From positions 7,497-71,496 of the forward strand of contig JAPLMU010000129.1 of NCBI GenBank assembly GCA_026386795.1: DNA of 64,000 nt. Reading direction: 5' to 3'. The notes under the pieces were generated by a model. The model was given only the letters and a program-made list of their open reading frames with translations. It searched no databases and was not told the DNA's origin. Origin of the DNA: Planctomycetota bacterium. Its GTDB lineage: Bacteria > Planctomycetota > Phycisphaerae > Phycisphaerales > SM1A02. The position numbers were made by a program, and so were the translations under genes. Each line of letters begins with the position of its first letter. The first letter of the stretch is position 1. Shown here in pieces: positions 1 through 8,818 of this stretch.

Positions 1-363
1 CCGTTCATGTTGGTGTTCGATGAACCCATTCCCACCACCACGGTCGGCGTGCGCAGCGTTTCGAATGTTCCCGCGCAGGGGCTCACGCTGATGAATGACC
101 CGCTGGTGCGCAGCCAGGCCGAACGCTGGGGCGCATTACTGACGGCGCGTGCGGCGGAAGCGACTCGATTGGTCACGGAGGACACTGTGCGTGGCATGTA
201 CGAGGCCGCCTATGCGCGCCCTGCCACGTCGGACGAGGTATCGAACGCGGCGGCTTTCTTGGGCGTATCGACGGAGACACTCGGCGTCGTACCCGATGCC
301 AACGCTTGGAGCGACCTCGCCCACGCGATCCTGCTGTCTGCGGAGTTCCGTTACCTGCGCTGA
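1..363 (+). CDS. DUF1553 (PSD1-type) domain protein, C-terminal fragment; 5' end lies outside the window
   Basis: The frame is open from base 1. The tail LTLMNDPLV...ILLSAEFRYLR resembles the conserved C-terminus of planctomycetal DUF1553 proteins. It is followed by the usual DUF1501 partner. Confidence 0.7.
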   Translation, partial: PFMLVFDEPIPTTTVGVRSVSNVPAQGLTLMNDPLVRSQAERWGALLTARAAEATRLVTEDTVRGMYEAAYARPATSDEVSNAAAFLGVSTETLGVVPDANAWSDLAHAILLSAEFRYLR

Positions 364-381
364 GGCGCCAACCACCATGCA

Positions 382-1806
382 TTGCGGCAAGTTCCAACCC
401 CACGCCATCTCCCGTCGCGATTTGCAGGGATGTTTGCGCAGGTGGTGCGCGCGGCAGAGGTCGCCGGGAGCGTGGGTGCGGGTGCATTCGGTGCTGCGGG
501 TGCAGCCGCTGCCGGCGCCGCGCGCATCACCGGCCCGCACTTCACACCCACCGCGCGCAGCGTGATCTTCCTCTACATGGACGGCGGTCCGTCGCAGATG
601 GACACGTTCGATCCGAAGCCCGCGCTCGCGAAGTGGAACGGCCAGCCGTTCCCCGAGAGCATGGAGCCGACGCAGTTCAACAACAACGGCGCCACGCTCA
701 GCAGCCCGTGGGAATTCGCGCGGCACGGCGAGTGCGGCCTGGAGGTCTCGACGCTCTTTCCGCACGTGGCGCGGTGCGCGGATGACCTCTGCGTGGTTCG
801 CTCCATGACCAGCAAGTTCAACGAGCACACCAACGCCAACTACTTCTTGCACACCGGCGCGGGCATCGTTGGTCGCCCGAGCATGGGCGCCTGGGTGTCT
901 TACGGACTCGGCGACGCACGCAACGACCTGCCGAACTTCGTGGTGATCAACGGCGGGTTGATCCCCCCGGGCGGGCGCGAGCTCCTCGGCAACGGGTTCC
1001 TGCCGTCGGCGTACCAGAGCAGCCTGTTCCGTCCGCAGGGCGAAGGTATGCCCAACGTGCACGGCGCGCTGGACGCGGAACGGCAGCGAAAAGTCCTTGA
1101 TTTCTCAGGCAAACTGGATGAGGCCTTCGCCGCGCGCGCCGGTCGACCCGATGCGCTTGAGGGTGCAATCCACAACGCGGAGCTGGCCTTCGCCATGCAG
1201 TCGAGCGTGCCCGACCTCATGGCACTCGATGGCGAGACGAAGGAAGTGCGCGAGCTCTACGGTCTGGACGCCGAGTACGAGCCCACGCGCATCTTTGCGC
1301 GCGAGTGCCTCTTGGCGCGTCGCATGGTGGAGCGTGGCGTGCAATTCATCGAACTGCTCTGCCCGCAGACCGGTGGCAACGATCGCTGGGACCAGCACTC
1401 GAACCTCAAGAATGGCCATGAGGAAAACGCACGCGCCGTGGACCAGCCGATCGCGGCGCTCCTCATGGACCTGAAGCGGCGCGGCCTGCTTGAGCAGACG
1501 CTCGTGGTCTGGGGCGGCGAGTTCGGTCGCACCCCGTTCGCGCAAGGCACCGACGGACGCGATCACAACCCGCACGGATTCACAGTATGGCTTGCGGGCG
1601 GCGGCATCAAGGGCGGTATGACCTACGGTTCAACCGACGAGTTCGGCTACAAGGTGGCAGAGCATCCCGTGGAGATCCACGACCTGCACGCCACGATGCT
1701 CCACTGCCTGGGCTTCGACCATCGCCTCCTCACTATGCGCTTCGGCGGGCGCGACATGCGCCTCACCGACGTGCACGGGCGAGTAATGCGGGAGTGGTTG
1801 GCGTAA
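382..1806 (+). CDS. DUF1501 domain protein (sulfatase/alkaline-phosphatase-like superfamily)
   Basis: Core motifs are FLYMDGGPSQMDTFDPKP, WGGEFGRTP and DGRDHNPHGF. The start is uncertain (TTG 382 or ATG 430). A Tat-like SRRD motif sits in another frame starting at ATG 377 (see findings). Confidence 0.85.
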   Translation: MRQVPTPRHLPSRFAGMFAQVVRAAEVAGSVGAGAFGAAGAAAAGAARITGPHFTPTARSVIFLYMDGGPSQMDTFDPKPALAKWNGQPFPESMEPTQFNNNGATLSSPWEFARHGECGLEVSTLFPHVARCADDLCVVRSMTSKFNEHTNANYFLHTGAGIVGRPSMGAWVSYGLGDARNDLPNFVVINGGLIPPGGRELLGNGFLPSAYQSSLFRPQGEGMPNVHGALDAERQRKVLDFSGKLDEAFAARAGRPDALEGAIHNAELAFAMQSSVPDLMALDGETKEVRELYGLDAEYEPTRIFARECLLARRMVERGVQFIELLCPQTGGNDRWDQHSNLKNGHEENARAVDQPIAALLMDLKRRGLLEQTLVVWGGEFGRTPFAQGTDGRDHNPHGFTVWLAGGGIKGGMTYGSTDEFGYKVAEHPVEIHDLHATMLHCLGFDHRLLTMRFGGRDMRLTDVHGRVMREWLA

Positions 1807-1841
1807 ACCGGGACAACAGGTCGACCGCGCCCCGTCACCCC

Positions 1842-1868
1842 AACACGCGGCGCACAACACGCGGCGCA
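1842..1868. repeat. tandem 13-mer AACACGCGGCGCA x2 (14-bp period), intergenic
   Basis: Copies at 1842-1854 and 1856-1868, read directly. Confidence 0.8.
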
Positions 1869-2050
1869 GGATGGCAGCGCTTGACCACGAGGCAGACAGA
1901 GATGGAAAGGGTCACGATGACTACGGAGGTACCGCAGAAGTACTCCCAACCCCATGAACGCACGCCGGAGGGTTGAGGCCGAGCGAAACTTCGCCGGATC
2001 CTTACGCAAGGCGTGCGGCTTCTTCACTGGCGTGGAGAATAATTCCCCGC

Positions 2051-2674
2051 ATGAAGTCTCTGATGCCCTGCACGCTCCTTCTCGCCCTCGGTGCCGTCCT
2101 CGGGGCGACTCTTCCTCAGACGCAGGCGCGGGCCGGGATCGTCCTCGACGAGGCGACGTTCGGGGATTTCTCAGACGATCGCATGGCGCCGACGGCGGTT
2201 ACGCTTGAGACGGGCATGAACGTCATCGCCGGATTCTCCGGTCAGTCGCTGGTGCCGGAAATGCACGATCTCGACTACGTGCAGTTCACCGTACCGGTCG
2301 GGCACGTGCTCACGCGGTTCCTGGTGCAAGACGCCTTCGTGGGAGGCGCGTTCTCGTTTGTCGGTATGCAGGCCGGGCCGGTGGTGACGATCCCCTGGGA
2401 CTGGACGAACGTCAATTCGCCGCTCCTTGGATGGTCGCACTTTGGAAGCTCGAGCATCGGGTCGGACCTACTTCCCACCATGGCAGGCTCGCCGGGCTCT
2501 GTCGGATTCGTGACTCCGTTGGGGCCCGGAACCTACACGCTGTGGATCATGGAACTCGACAACTCGCAGGTGAGCAGCTACCGGTTTGGCGTGGACGTGG
2601 TCCGGATCCCCGGACCGAGCGCCGCATGGCTCGCAGCCGCGCTCGCGCGACGCCCGCGGCGACGGGCAATGTGA
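2051..2674 (+). CDS. secreted protein with a PEP-CTERM-like C-terminal sorting tag
   Basis: ATG 2051 gives the signal peptide MKSLMPCTLLLALGAVLGATLPQTQA. The C-terminus IPGPSAAWLAAALARRPRRR has a short motif, a hydrophobic helix and an Arg cluster. Confidence 0.55.
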   Translation: MKSLMPCTLLLALGAVLGATLPQTQARAGIVLDEATFGDFSDDRMAPTAVTLETGMNVIAGFSGQSLVPEMHDLDYVQFTVPVGHVLTRFLVQDAFVGGAFSFVGMQAGPVVTIPWDWTNVNSPLLGWSHFGSSSIGSDLLPTMAGSPGSVGFVTPLGPGTYTLWIMELDNSQVSSYRFGVDVVRIPGPSAAWLAAALARRPRRRAM

Positions 2675-3828
2675 GACGAGATGGCTGACGGGCGTGGAGT
2701 TCGGATCAGGTCGTCAATACCTACCGCTTTGATTCCCTTTGCAAGCGGATAGCTCTTCGCCCCCGGATGCACGATCGTGACCTGCTTGAGGCCGAGTGCC
2801 TCTTTCGCGATGCGGATTGACGGCGTGACAGTCGGAGCGTCGGCACGCTTGACCTCAACGCCGAAGCGTTTGCCCTTATGAAACAGGACCAGGTCGATCT
2901 CGGCACCCTGATGCGTTGACCACCAGTAAGCATCGCTGTGCGGAACACGGCTGAGAATTTCTTCAACGACAAGTCCCTCCCACGATGCACCACAACGCGG
3001 ATGCGAGAGCAGCGACTTCGCCGAGTGAATGCCGAGTAATGAATGCAGCATGCCAGTGTCCCGAAAATAGAGACGCGGCGACTTCACCTGTCGCTTGCCG
3101 ATATTCTCGAACCACGGTTGCAGCTGTCGAACCAGTAGGAGTCCTGACAACAGGTCGAGATGATGACGAACAGTGGATGCTGGAGTGCCAAGGCTGGACG
3201 CAATCGATGAGTAGTTTGTGGTCTGCCCGTGATAGTGTGCGAACATCGTCCACATCCGCCGGACAAGCCCAGATGCGAGACGGGCATCGTAGAAATGGAG
3301 ATCGCGCTCAATGAGCGTCGAGATGAAGTTCGTCATCCAAGCCGATGAATCGTTGGCGCTGCGCGAAAGGAATGCGCGCGGAAATCCACCGCGAATCCAA
3401 CGTTTTTCAAGAGTGTTAGCGCCACACTCGGCAAGCGTGAACGATCCGAGTTGCACGATTTCAACACGACCGGCGAGAGACTCTGACGACTGTCGCAACA
3501 TCTCTGGGGATGCGCTGCCAAGTACGAGAAATCGAGCAGGGAGCGGTTTGCGATCCGCAAGAACTCGTAGCAGTGGAAAGAGGTCGGGAATCCGCTGTAC
3601 CTCATCAATGACGACTGTGCCACGCAGTGGCGCGAGCGCCGTCATGGGTTGACTCATGCGCGCAAGATCATCTGGTGATTCAAGATCAAAGTATGCACCG
3701 CTGTCACTGCTCACGAACGCCCGGGCGAGAGTGGTCTTACCGCACTGGCGTGGCCCAAGCAACAGCACAATCTGCGAACGCCGAAGGGCAGCGCGAATTT
3801 GAGATGTGACATTGATGCGGTCGATCAT
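2578..3828 (-). CDS. AAA+ ATPase with DUF4143 domain (COG1373-type ATP-binding protein)
   Basis: Walker A is LLLGPRQCGKTTL and Walker B-like is VVIDEVQ, in an AAA_14 plus DUF4143-like layout. The last ~40 codons run antisense into the neighbouring gene. Confidence 0.8.
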   Translation of the reverse strand: MIDRINVTSQIRAALRRSQIVLLLGPRQCGKTTLARAFVSSDSGAYFDLESPDDLARMSQPMTALAPLRGTVVIDEVQRIPDLFPLLRVLADRKPLPARFLVLGSASPEMLRQSSESLAGRVEIVQLGSFTLAECGANTLEKRWIRGGFPRAFLSRSANDSSAWMTNFISTLIERDLHFYDARLASGLVRRMWTMFAHYHGQTTNYSSIASSLGTPASTVRHHLDLLSGLLLVRQLQPWFENIGKRQVKSPRLYFRDTGMLHSLLGIHSAKSLLSHPRCGASWEGLVVEEILSRVPHSDAYWWSTHQGAEIDLVLFHKGKRFGVEVKRADAPTVTPSIRIAKEALGLKQVTIVHPGAKSYPLAKGIKAVGIDDLIRTPRPSAISSHIARRRGRRASAAASHAALGPGIRTTSTPNR

Positions 3829-3834
3829 GCAAAC

Positions 3835-3840
3835 ATAGTA
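3835..3840 (-). promoter_or_regulatory. -10-like TACTAT, 6 nt upstream of ATG 3828 (leaderless candidate)
   Basis: The reverse complement of ATAGTA is TACTAT. It lies in the AT-rich divergent region shared with the antitoxin gene. Confidence 0.4.
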
Positions 3841-3874
3841 CCATGAAAAATCATAGTTACAACTAGTAATTTAC

Positions 3875-4138
3875 ATGGTAGTAATCATCGCGGTTCACGC
3901 TCGCACCGCGCCACTGGACTGCCGGGCGACGATGTGGCCGCAACCCGCAGCAGCCGGGATGGCGCGAGGCGAACTCGCCGCGCACCTTGGCATCCAGAAG
4001 GGTGATCACCTGCACGTGCTCGTTACGCCGCGGGGCATCGAGTTGTCGCCGTTCGACCCAGCCTTGGACGAGCAACTGACCATCGGTCGATCGGTGATGA
4101 AGCGCTACCGAAGCGCCCTTCGGAAGTTGGCTGAATGA
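3875..4138 (+). CDS. SpoVT/AbrB (MazE-like) family antitoxin
   Basis: Small ORF overlapping the Doc gene by ATGA (4135-4138). LGIQKGDHLHVLVTPRGIELSP resembles swapped-hairpin antitoxins. The N-terminus is poorly conserved, so the start is uncertain. Confidence 0.55.
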   Translation: MVVIIAVHARTAPLDCRATMWPQPAAAGMARGELAAHLGIQKGDHLHVLVTPRGIELSPFDPALDEQLTIGRSVMKRYRSALRKLAE

Positions 4139-4530
4139 CCGCCGCAAAGTCTGCCCTTCGGTTTCTGTCGCGCGACGCGGTAGTGGTGTTGCACCGCGAA
4201 TCGCTTTCCGAGCACGGTGGCATCGACGGCATCCGCGACGAGGGACTGCTGCAGTCGGCGCTGGATCGCTGCGTGCATAAGTCCAACTACGAGCCGGATG
4301 CTTCGGTCATTGAACTCGCTGCCTCGCTCGCGTTTGGTCTGGCGATGAACCATGCGTTCAATGACGGAAACAAGCGGATCGCCATGATCGCTACGTTTGT
4401 ATTCTTGCAAATGAACGGCTACGTCGTTGAAGCGCCGGAGCTAGAGGCGTACACGATGTTCATCGGGCTCGCTGCGGGTGAAGTGAGAGAAGCGGAGCTG
4501 GCGGCGTGGCTGGCGGATTCATGTGCGTGA
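4135..4530 (+). CDS. doc: type II toxin, death-on-curing (Doc, Fic family)
   Basis: Fic/Doc motif HAFNDGNKRIAM. The N-terminal EHGGIDGIRDEGLLQSAL is typical of Doc toxins. Confidence 0.85.
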   Translation: MTAAKSALRFLSRDAVVVLHRESLSEHGGIDGIRDEGLLQSALDRCVHKSNYEPDASVIELAASLAFGLAMNHAFNDGNKRIAMIATFVFLQMNGYVVEAPELEAYTMFIGLAAGEVREAELAAWLADSCA

Positions 4531-5694
4531 GCGAGGCAACGCGATGTTGCTGAGATCGCCTACGCAACCCGCCGTTTCGCCAGGTAGGAAACCCACGCGA
4601 AATCCAGCGAATGCGCGGGTGTTACCCAAGTACTGGCCGAAGGGGTCGGATGCGCCCGTCGCGGACATCCAGAGTTGCCATTCCGCCGCCACCGAGATGC
4701 CACCATGCAGCTGCCGCCAGATGGGAACGTTGAGTGGATTGGGCGCGCCCGCCACGGGAGCAACAATCGTATCCGTCCACTCCACCAAGTTGCCTCCTTG
4801 ATCGAGCGTGTTCCACGGCGATGGTGACTGGCACGCGCCGACACGCGTGAGATTGCCGATGAAACCAAATGGTTCGGGGCATGCCGACGCATCGCCACCA
4901 GGACAGCTGTCCGGACACCACTCAGCAACATTGTTGTAATTCACGATTGGCGCGCTGGCCACATTCGTCACTTCGCCGCAGGCATTCACGAGCGCGGGAG
5001 TTGGAGCCTGATCACTCTTCGTTGGGTAACGCCAGTAGTGCGAACCGTTGGGTGTTGGCTCGTGCGAGTAGTGCGCGGCCTTGATCCATTCATCTTGTGA
5101 AGGGAGCACAAATCCAGTGTGCACAGTGCGTACTGCGGCAATGCCGAAAGTCGACTGATTGCGAAGGTCGTAGACGCCGATTTCTGTGTTCTGCGAAAAC
5201 CAGCAGCGGTAGTGCGCGATGTCGCCTGCAATAACCGTACGCTCATGCGTTCCGTTGTTTAACGAGTTGATGAAACGCGCGGCTCGAAAGAATTCGATCC
5301 ACCCCATTGGTCGCTGCGAAAACTCAGGTGCTGCCATTTGATAGCGGCTACCCACCGGCGCTGTCACCACACGGCGCACCGATCCATATTTCTCATCGAC
5401 CTCAGGCGACATCGCGGGTTCCCAGAGGAAACGCGCATTCGCCGCTGTGGGATCGACCGTGTTCAGAAACGCGACCCACTGGTTGACGGTGATCTCGACA
5501 CGACCGATCTCGTATTCATACGAAACCGCGCCGACGAATTCGGTCGCATTCTCGGCTGTCGGGAACGTTGGATTGAAATTGATGATCGGCAGCGCTTGAT
5601 TGCCAGGGTCGCCCACGGTCACGAGATCGAGTTCGATGTGCGCCAGGGAAGCCTGTGCCAGGGCAAGAGAAAGGAGCGCGATTAGAAAAGACAT
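4519..5694 (-). CDS. secreted formylglycine-generating-enzyme family (SUMF1/EgtB/PvdO) domain protein
   Basis: Signal peptide MSFLIALLSLALAQASLA. Family landmarks are LVTVGDPGN, YEYEIGRVEITVNQWVAFLN, GGNLVEWTD and AGFRVG. Confidence 0.65.
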   Translation of the reverse strand: MSFLIALLSLALAQASLAHIELDLVTVGDPGNQALPIINFNPTFPTAENATEFVGAVSYEYEIGRVEITVNQWVAFLNTVDPTAANARFLWEPAMSPEVDEKYGSVRRVVTAPVGSRYQMAAPEFSQRPMGWIEFFRAARFINSLNNGTHERTVIAGDIAHYRCWFSQNTEIGVYDLRNQSTFGIAAVRTVHTGFVLPSQDEWIKAAHYSHEPTPNGSHYWRYPTKSDQAPTPALVNACGEVTNVASAPIVNYNNVAEWCPDSCPGGDASACPEPFGFIGNLTRVGACQSPSPWNTLDQGGNLVEWTDTIVAPVAGAPNPLNVPIWRQLHGGISVAAEWQLWMSATGASDPFGQYLGNTRAFAGFRVGFLPGETAGCVGDLSNIALPRSRT

Positions 5695-5702
5695 GTTTTC
5701 TG

Positions 5703-5730
5703 ATTATGCACCCTTTCGAGCTGATAGCAA
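5703..5730 (-). promoter_or_regulatory. sigma70-like promoter TTGCTA-N16-CATAAT, 8 nt upstream of ATG 5694
   Basis: The reverse complement of 5725-5730 is TTGCTA and of 5703-5708 is CATAAT. TG lies immediately 5' of the -10 box. Confidence 0.45.
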
Positions 5731-5806
5731 GTCGAATTGGAAGGGATTCGCCTTTACGAGGGCCGCGGGCCTGGCAATCTCAATGAACATGGCCGCACCC
5801 CCGCCC

Positions 5807-8800
5807 TCACCCCAACACGCGACGCAACACTTCCACCGGATGCAGCGCCTCGCGCCCTGCTCCGTCGTGGATCTGGTGGCGGCAGCTTGTGCCGGGGGCG
5901 CAGACCATGGTCCCAGGGCGCGCGCGGACGGCTGGCAAGACTGCTTGCTCGGCGATCTTCATGGAGAGGTCGTAGCGCTCTTCGGTAAATCCAAAGCTGC
6001 CGGCCAAGCCGCAGCAGCCTGTTTGCAAGACTTCAAGGTCCGCGCCGAAGTACCGGCGCAGGATGGCTGCGCTTGATTCTGCGCCCCATAGTGCTTTCTG
6101 ATGGCAATGGGCGTGCAAGGCAAGCTTGCCGGGGTTGAAGGCCGGCTTCGCGGGGCGTGTTGGATGCGCGTCCCACTGCTTCTCTAAGAACTCTTCAACC
6201 ATGAAGCTCTGCGCAGCCAAGGCGCGCAACTGCTTCACATCAAGACCCGTCTTGAGTTCCAGCCAATCGTCACGAATGGCGCTCATGCAGCTTGGCTCGC
6301 AGCCGACGACGGCGACGGCGTGTTCGCGCTCCATGACTTGCATCAAACCTTCGGCAGTGGCGCGACAGGTGCGTGATGCCTCGGCAAGCATGCCGGTGGA
6401 AATGAGCGACCGCCCGCAGCAGCCGAGCGTTGGAAGTACCACGCGGTATCCGAATGCTTCAAGCAATTCGATCGCCGCGTGACCAATGCGCGGCTCGTTG
6501 TACATAGTGAAGCAGTCAGGGAACAGCACCACCGCGGGCGCACCGGGTGCTGCCTTGCTGCCGCGACGCGCGTACCAACGGTCAAGACCCTCGGCGTACA
6601 ACGGCATGGAACGGCGCGTGTCGATACCGAGCACCCAGTTCTGTACGGTGCGCACAAATGGAATGCGATTGGCAAGATTGGCAAGCGGCCACAGGCGCGA
6701 GAGCAATCGGTTGATGCCGCGCACACGCCCAAACGCGCGCGCACGGAACGGCACGCGACCGGCAGCGGCATAGCCCTGCGCGGTGTATTCGGCTTTTAAC
6801 TTGGAGATGTCAACGTTTGACGGACATTCACTCTTGCATGCTTTGCAGCTGAGGCAGAGGGAAAGTGTGTCTTGCACGTCTGGTTGGTTCCAGTCCGCGT
6901 GGGAGTGCGATGCGCCGTTGGCGCCAGGCGCGCCGCCGGTGCCAAGCGTCCCGTTTGCCCCCAGCTGCCCCGTGATCGCCAACCGCAAGTGATTTCCCCG
7001 TCCGCGCGTTGAATGTCGTTCATCAAGCGTTGCCTGATACGACGGACACATAGTGACAGTGCCCTGCAATCGTCGGCACAGCCCTGCTCCGTTACACATT
7101 TCGATCGCGTGACCGAATCCATCTTCCTTCTCATAGGTGAAGAAGGTGCTCTTTGCTTCTGGATGCACCGGAACGCCGTTTGGTGCAAGACGCAAATCTT
7201 CAATGGGCATGGCGCGGCGCGTGACATCAATCTTGATGCCCGGGTTCATGATGCCCGCCGGATCCCAAATCGCTTTCACCGCAGCAAGCGCGTTGCACAC
7301 CGTCTCGCCAAAGTATCGCAGTTGTAACGCGGTGCGCGATCGTCCCGACCCGTGCTCGCCGCTCAAGGCACCACCGTAGCGCACCACCAAGTCGGTCACT
7401 TCTTCGCCAATCTTCAGTACGCGTTCACGATCGCCGGCATCGGTGAGCGCAAGCATTGGTCGAATGTGCAAGCACCCAACGCTGGCATGCGCGTAGAAAC
7501 TGGCGTGCGTGCCGTGCCCCGCAAGAATCGCCTTGAATTCCTTGATAAAGCCAGGCAGCTTGGCAGGGTCCACCGCGGTGTCCTCTACAAATCCAAGCGG
7601 TCTTCGCAAGCCCTTCACTCCGTGCAAGAGCGGTTCGCCGGCTTTACGCAAACGCCATGCTTCAGCCATGCGCTTTGCATCCGTGTACTGCTCCATCGGC
7701 TGACTTGGAAGTCGTTCACGCAGCGCGCTCAACTTGGCTTCGACCTCTGCGAGCGTCTGTCCGAAGTACTCCACGTACATCACCGCGCCGAGTGCAACGC
7801 CTTCGGGGCGCGGCATCAATTCCACGTACTTGGCGTATTCGCGGTTACCGCGGGCAATGTCAATGATGACCTCGTCAACCATCTCAACCGCCGCAGGGCC
7901 AGTGGCAAGCATGGCATCCAACGCTGCAAGCGACGCATCCACGGACTCGAAGCCCATGATGGCGAGACCCTTTGCCTTGGGTGTCGGCACCAACTTCACT
8001 TCTGCACCAAGAATGGTGCACAGCGTTCCCTCTGAGCCGCAAACGAGGTGCGCCAGATTCACGCGGTCCATGGTTCCGGGCGTTGATTGCTCAAGACCAT
8101 CTAAGAACAGGTCAAAGTTGTAACCATCAACATGGCGAAGAATGCGCGGAAAACGGGCGCGGATTTCATCGCGGATCGGCCAGAGCACCGCGCGCATGGC
8201 TTCTGCAATGCGTCGCTGCACCGGGTCACGATCACATGCGCCCTCTTGCAAGCGATGCACGGTGCCATCAGCAAGCACTACGTCAAGCGCATAGAGATTC
8301 TCAACCGTGCGGCCGTAAATAATGCTGTGTGCGCCCGCGGAATTGTTGCCGATACAGCCGCCAATGGCGTTGTGACTACTAGTGGCTGGGTCCGGTGCGA
8401 ACATCAATCCAAGCGGCGCAAGATCCGCGTTGAACTTGTCGAGCACGACGCCCGGCTCTACCCACGCGCGACCGCGCTCTTGGTCGATTGAAAGTACGCG
8501 GCGACAATGCGCACCCATATCAAGGACCACTGCCGCGTTTACGCTCTGGCCATTCAGACTGGTGCCGCCGCCGCGCGGCAAGATGGCAATGCCCTCTCCC
8601 GCGCACCACTGCACTACGCGAATGGCTTCGTCAACATCACGAACAACAACAGCGCAGAGCGGATCGATCTGAAACGGACTTGCATCCGTGGCGTAAATCA
8701 TCCGCTCCGCGCGGTCAGCACGAACATCCGCGCAGCCAACCTGCGCAAGCCCTGCAACAATGCGAGTCCGCGCTGCATCAGCTGCGCGAACGGCGTCCAG

Positions 8801-8818
8801 TTGCGGAAGGGAAATCAC
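5807..8818 (-). CDS. FAD-binding and Fe-S-binding oxidoreductase, YdiJ-like (2-hydroxyacid dehydrogenase fused to a GlpC/HdrD-like module)
   Basis: FAD-oxidase N-terminus (ILPRGGGTSLNGQS), ferredoxin-type CLSCKACKSECP, and C-terminal Cys-rich CCG-type repeats (LGCCG, TGCCGLAG). It is about 1000 aa. The GTG start overlaps the upstream stop (GTGA). Confidence 0.8.
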   Translation of the reverse strand: MISLPQLDAVRAADAARTRIVAGLAQVGCADVRADRAERMIYATDASPFQIDPLCAVVVRDVDEAIRVVQWCAGEGIAILPRGGGTSLNGQSVNAAVVLDMGAHCRRVLSIDQERGRAWVEPGVVLDKFNADLAPLGLMFAPDPATSSHNAIGGCIGNNSAGAHSIIYGRTVENLYALDVVLADGTVHRLQEGACDRDPVQRRIAEAMRAVLWPIRDEIRARFPRILRHVDGYNFDLFLDGLEQSTPGTMDRVNLAHLVCGSEGTLCTILGAEVKLVPTPKAKGLAIMGFESVDASLAALDAMLATGPAAVEMVDEVIIDIARGNREYAKYVELMPRPEGVALGAVMYVEYFGQTLAEVEAKLSALRERLPSQPMEQYTDAKRMAEAWRLRKAGEPLLHGVKGLRRPLGFVEDTAVDPAKLPGFIKEFKAILAGHGTHASFYAHASVGCLHIRPMLALTDAGDRERVLKIGEEVTDLVVRYGGALSGEHGSGRSRTALQLRYFGETVCNALAAVKAIWDPAGIMNPGIKIDVTRRAMPIEDLRLAPNGVPVHPEAKSTFFTYEKEDGFGHAIEMCNGAGLCRRLQGTVTMCPSYQATLDERHSTRGRGNHLRLAITGQLGANGTLGTGGAPGANGASHSHADWNQPDVQDTLSLCLSCKACKSECPSNVDISKLKAEYTAQGYAAAGRVPFRARAFGRVRGINRLLSRLWPLANLANRIPFVRTVQNWVLGIDTRRSMPLYAEGLDRWYARRGSKAAPGAPAVVLFPDCFTMYNEPRIGHAAIELLEAFGYRVVLPTLGCCGRSLISTGMLAEASRTCRATAEGLMQVMEREHAVAVVGCEPSCMSAIRDDWLELKTGLDVKQLRALAAQSFMVEEFLEKQWDAHPTRPAKPAFNPGKLALHAHCHQKALWGAESSAAILRRYFGADLEVLQTGCCGLAGSFGFTEERYDLSMKIAEQAVLPAVRARPGTMVCAPGTSCRHQIHDGAGREALHPVEVLRRVLG

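Noticed and set aside
136-1062. 308-aa minus-strand ORF antisense to the DUF1501 gene
   Set aside because: Arg/Ala/Gly-rich translation with no motif. It is fully overlapped by a gene with strong family motifs. This is a typical shadow ORF of high-GC DNA.
1834-1860. Sequence TCACCCCAACACGCG(G/A)CGCA...AACAC shared between the 1834 intergenic region and the 3' end of the ydiJ-like gene at 5806-5830
   Set aside because: The exact match is only 15 nt. My rough estimate is that a few such matches are expected by chance in 64 kb of GC-biased DNA searched on both strands. At 5806 it is ordinary coding sequence (…RRVLG stop). I do not treat it as a repeat family without a genome-wide count.
2578-5806. 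Calling the lower-GC segment a mobile element
   Set aside because: I found no integrase, transposase, tRNA target or flanking direct or inverted repeats. Only the composition and the gene content suggest foreign origin, so it is reported as a finding and not annotated as a mobile_element.
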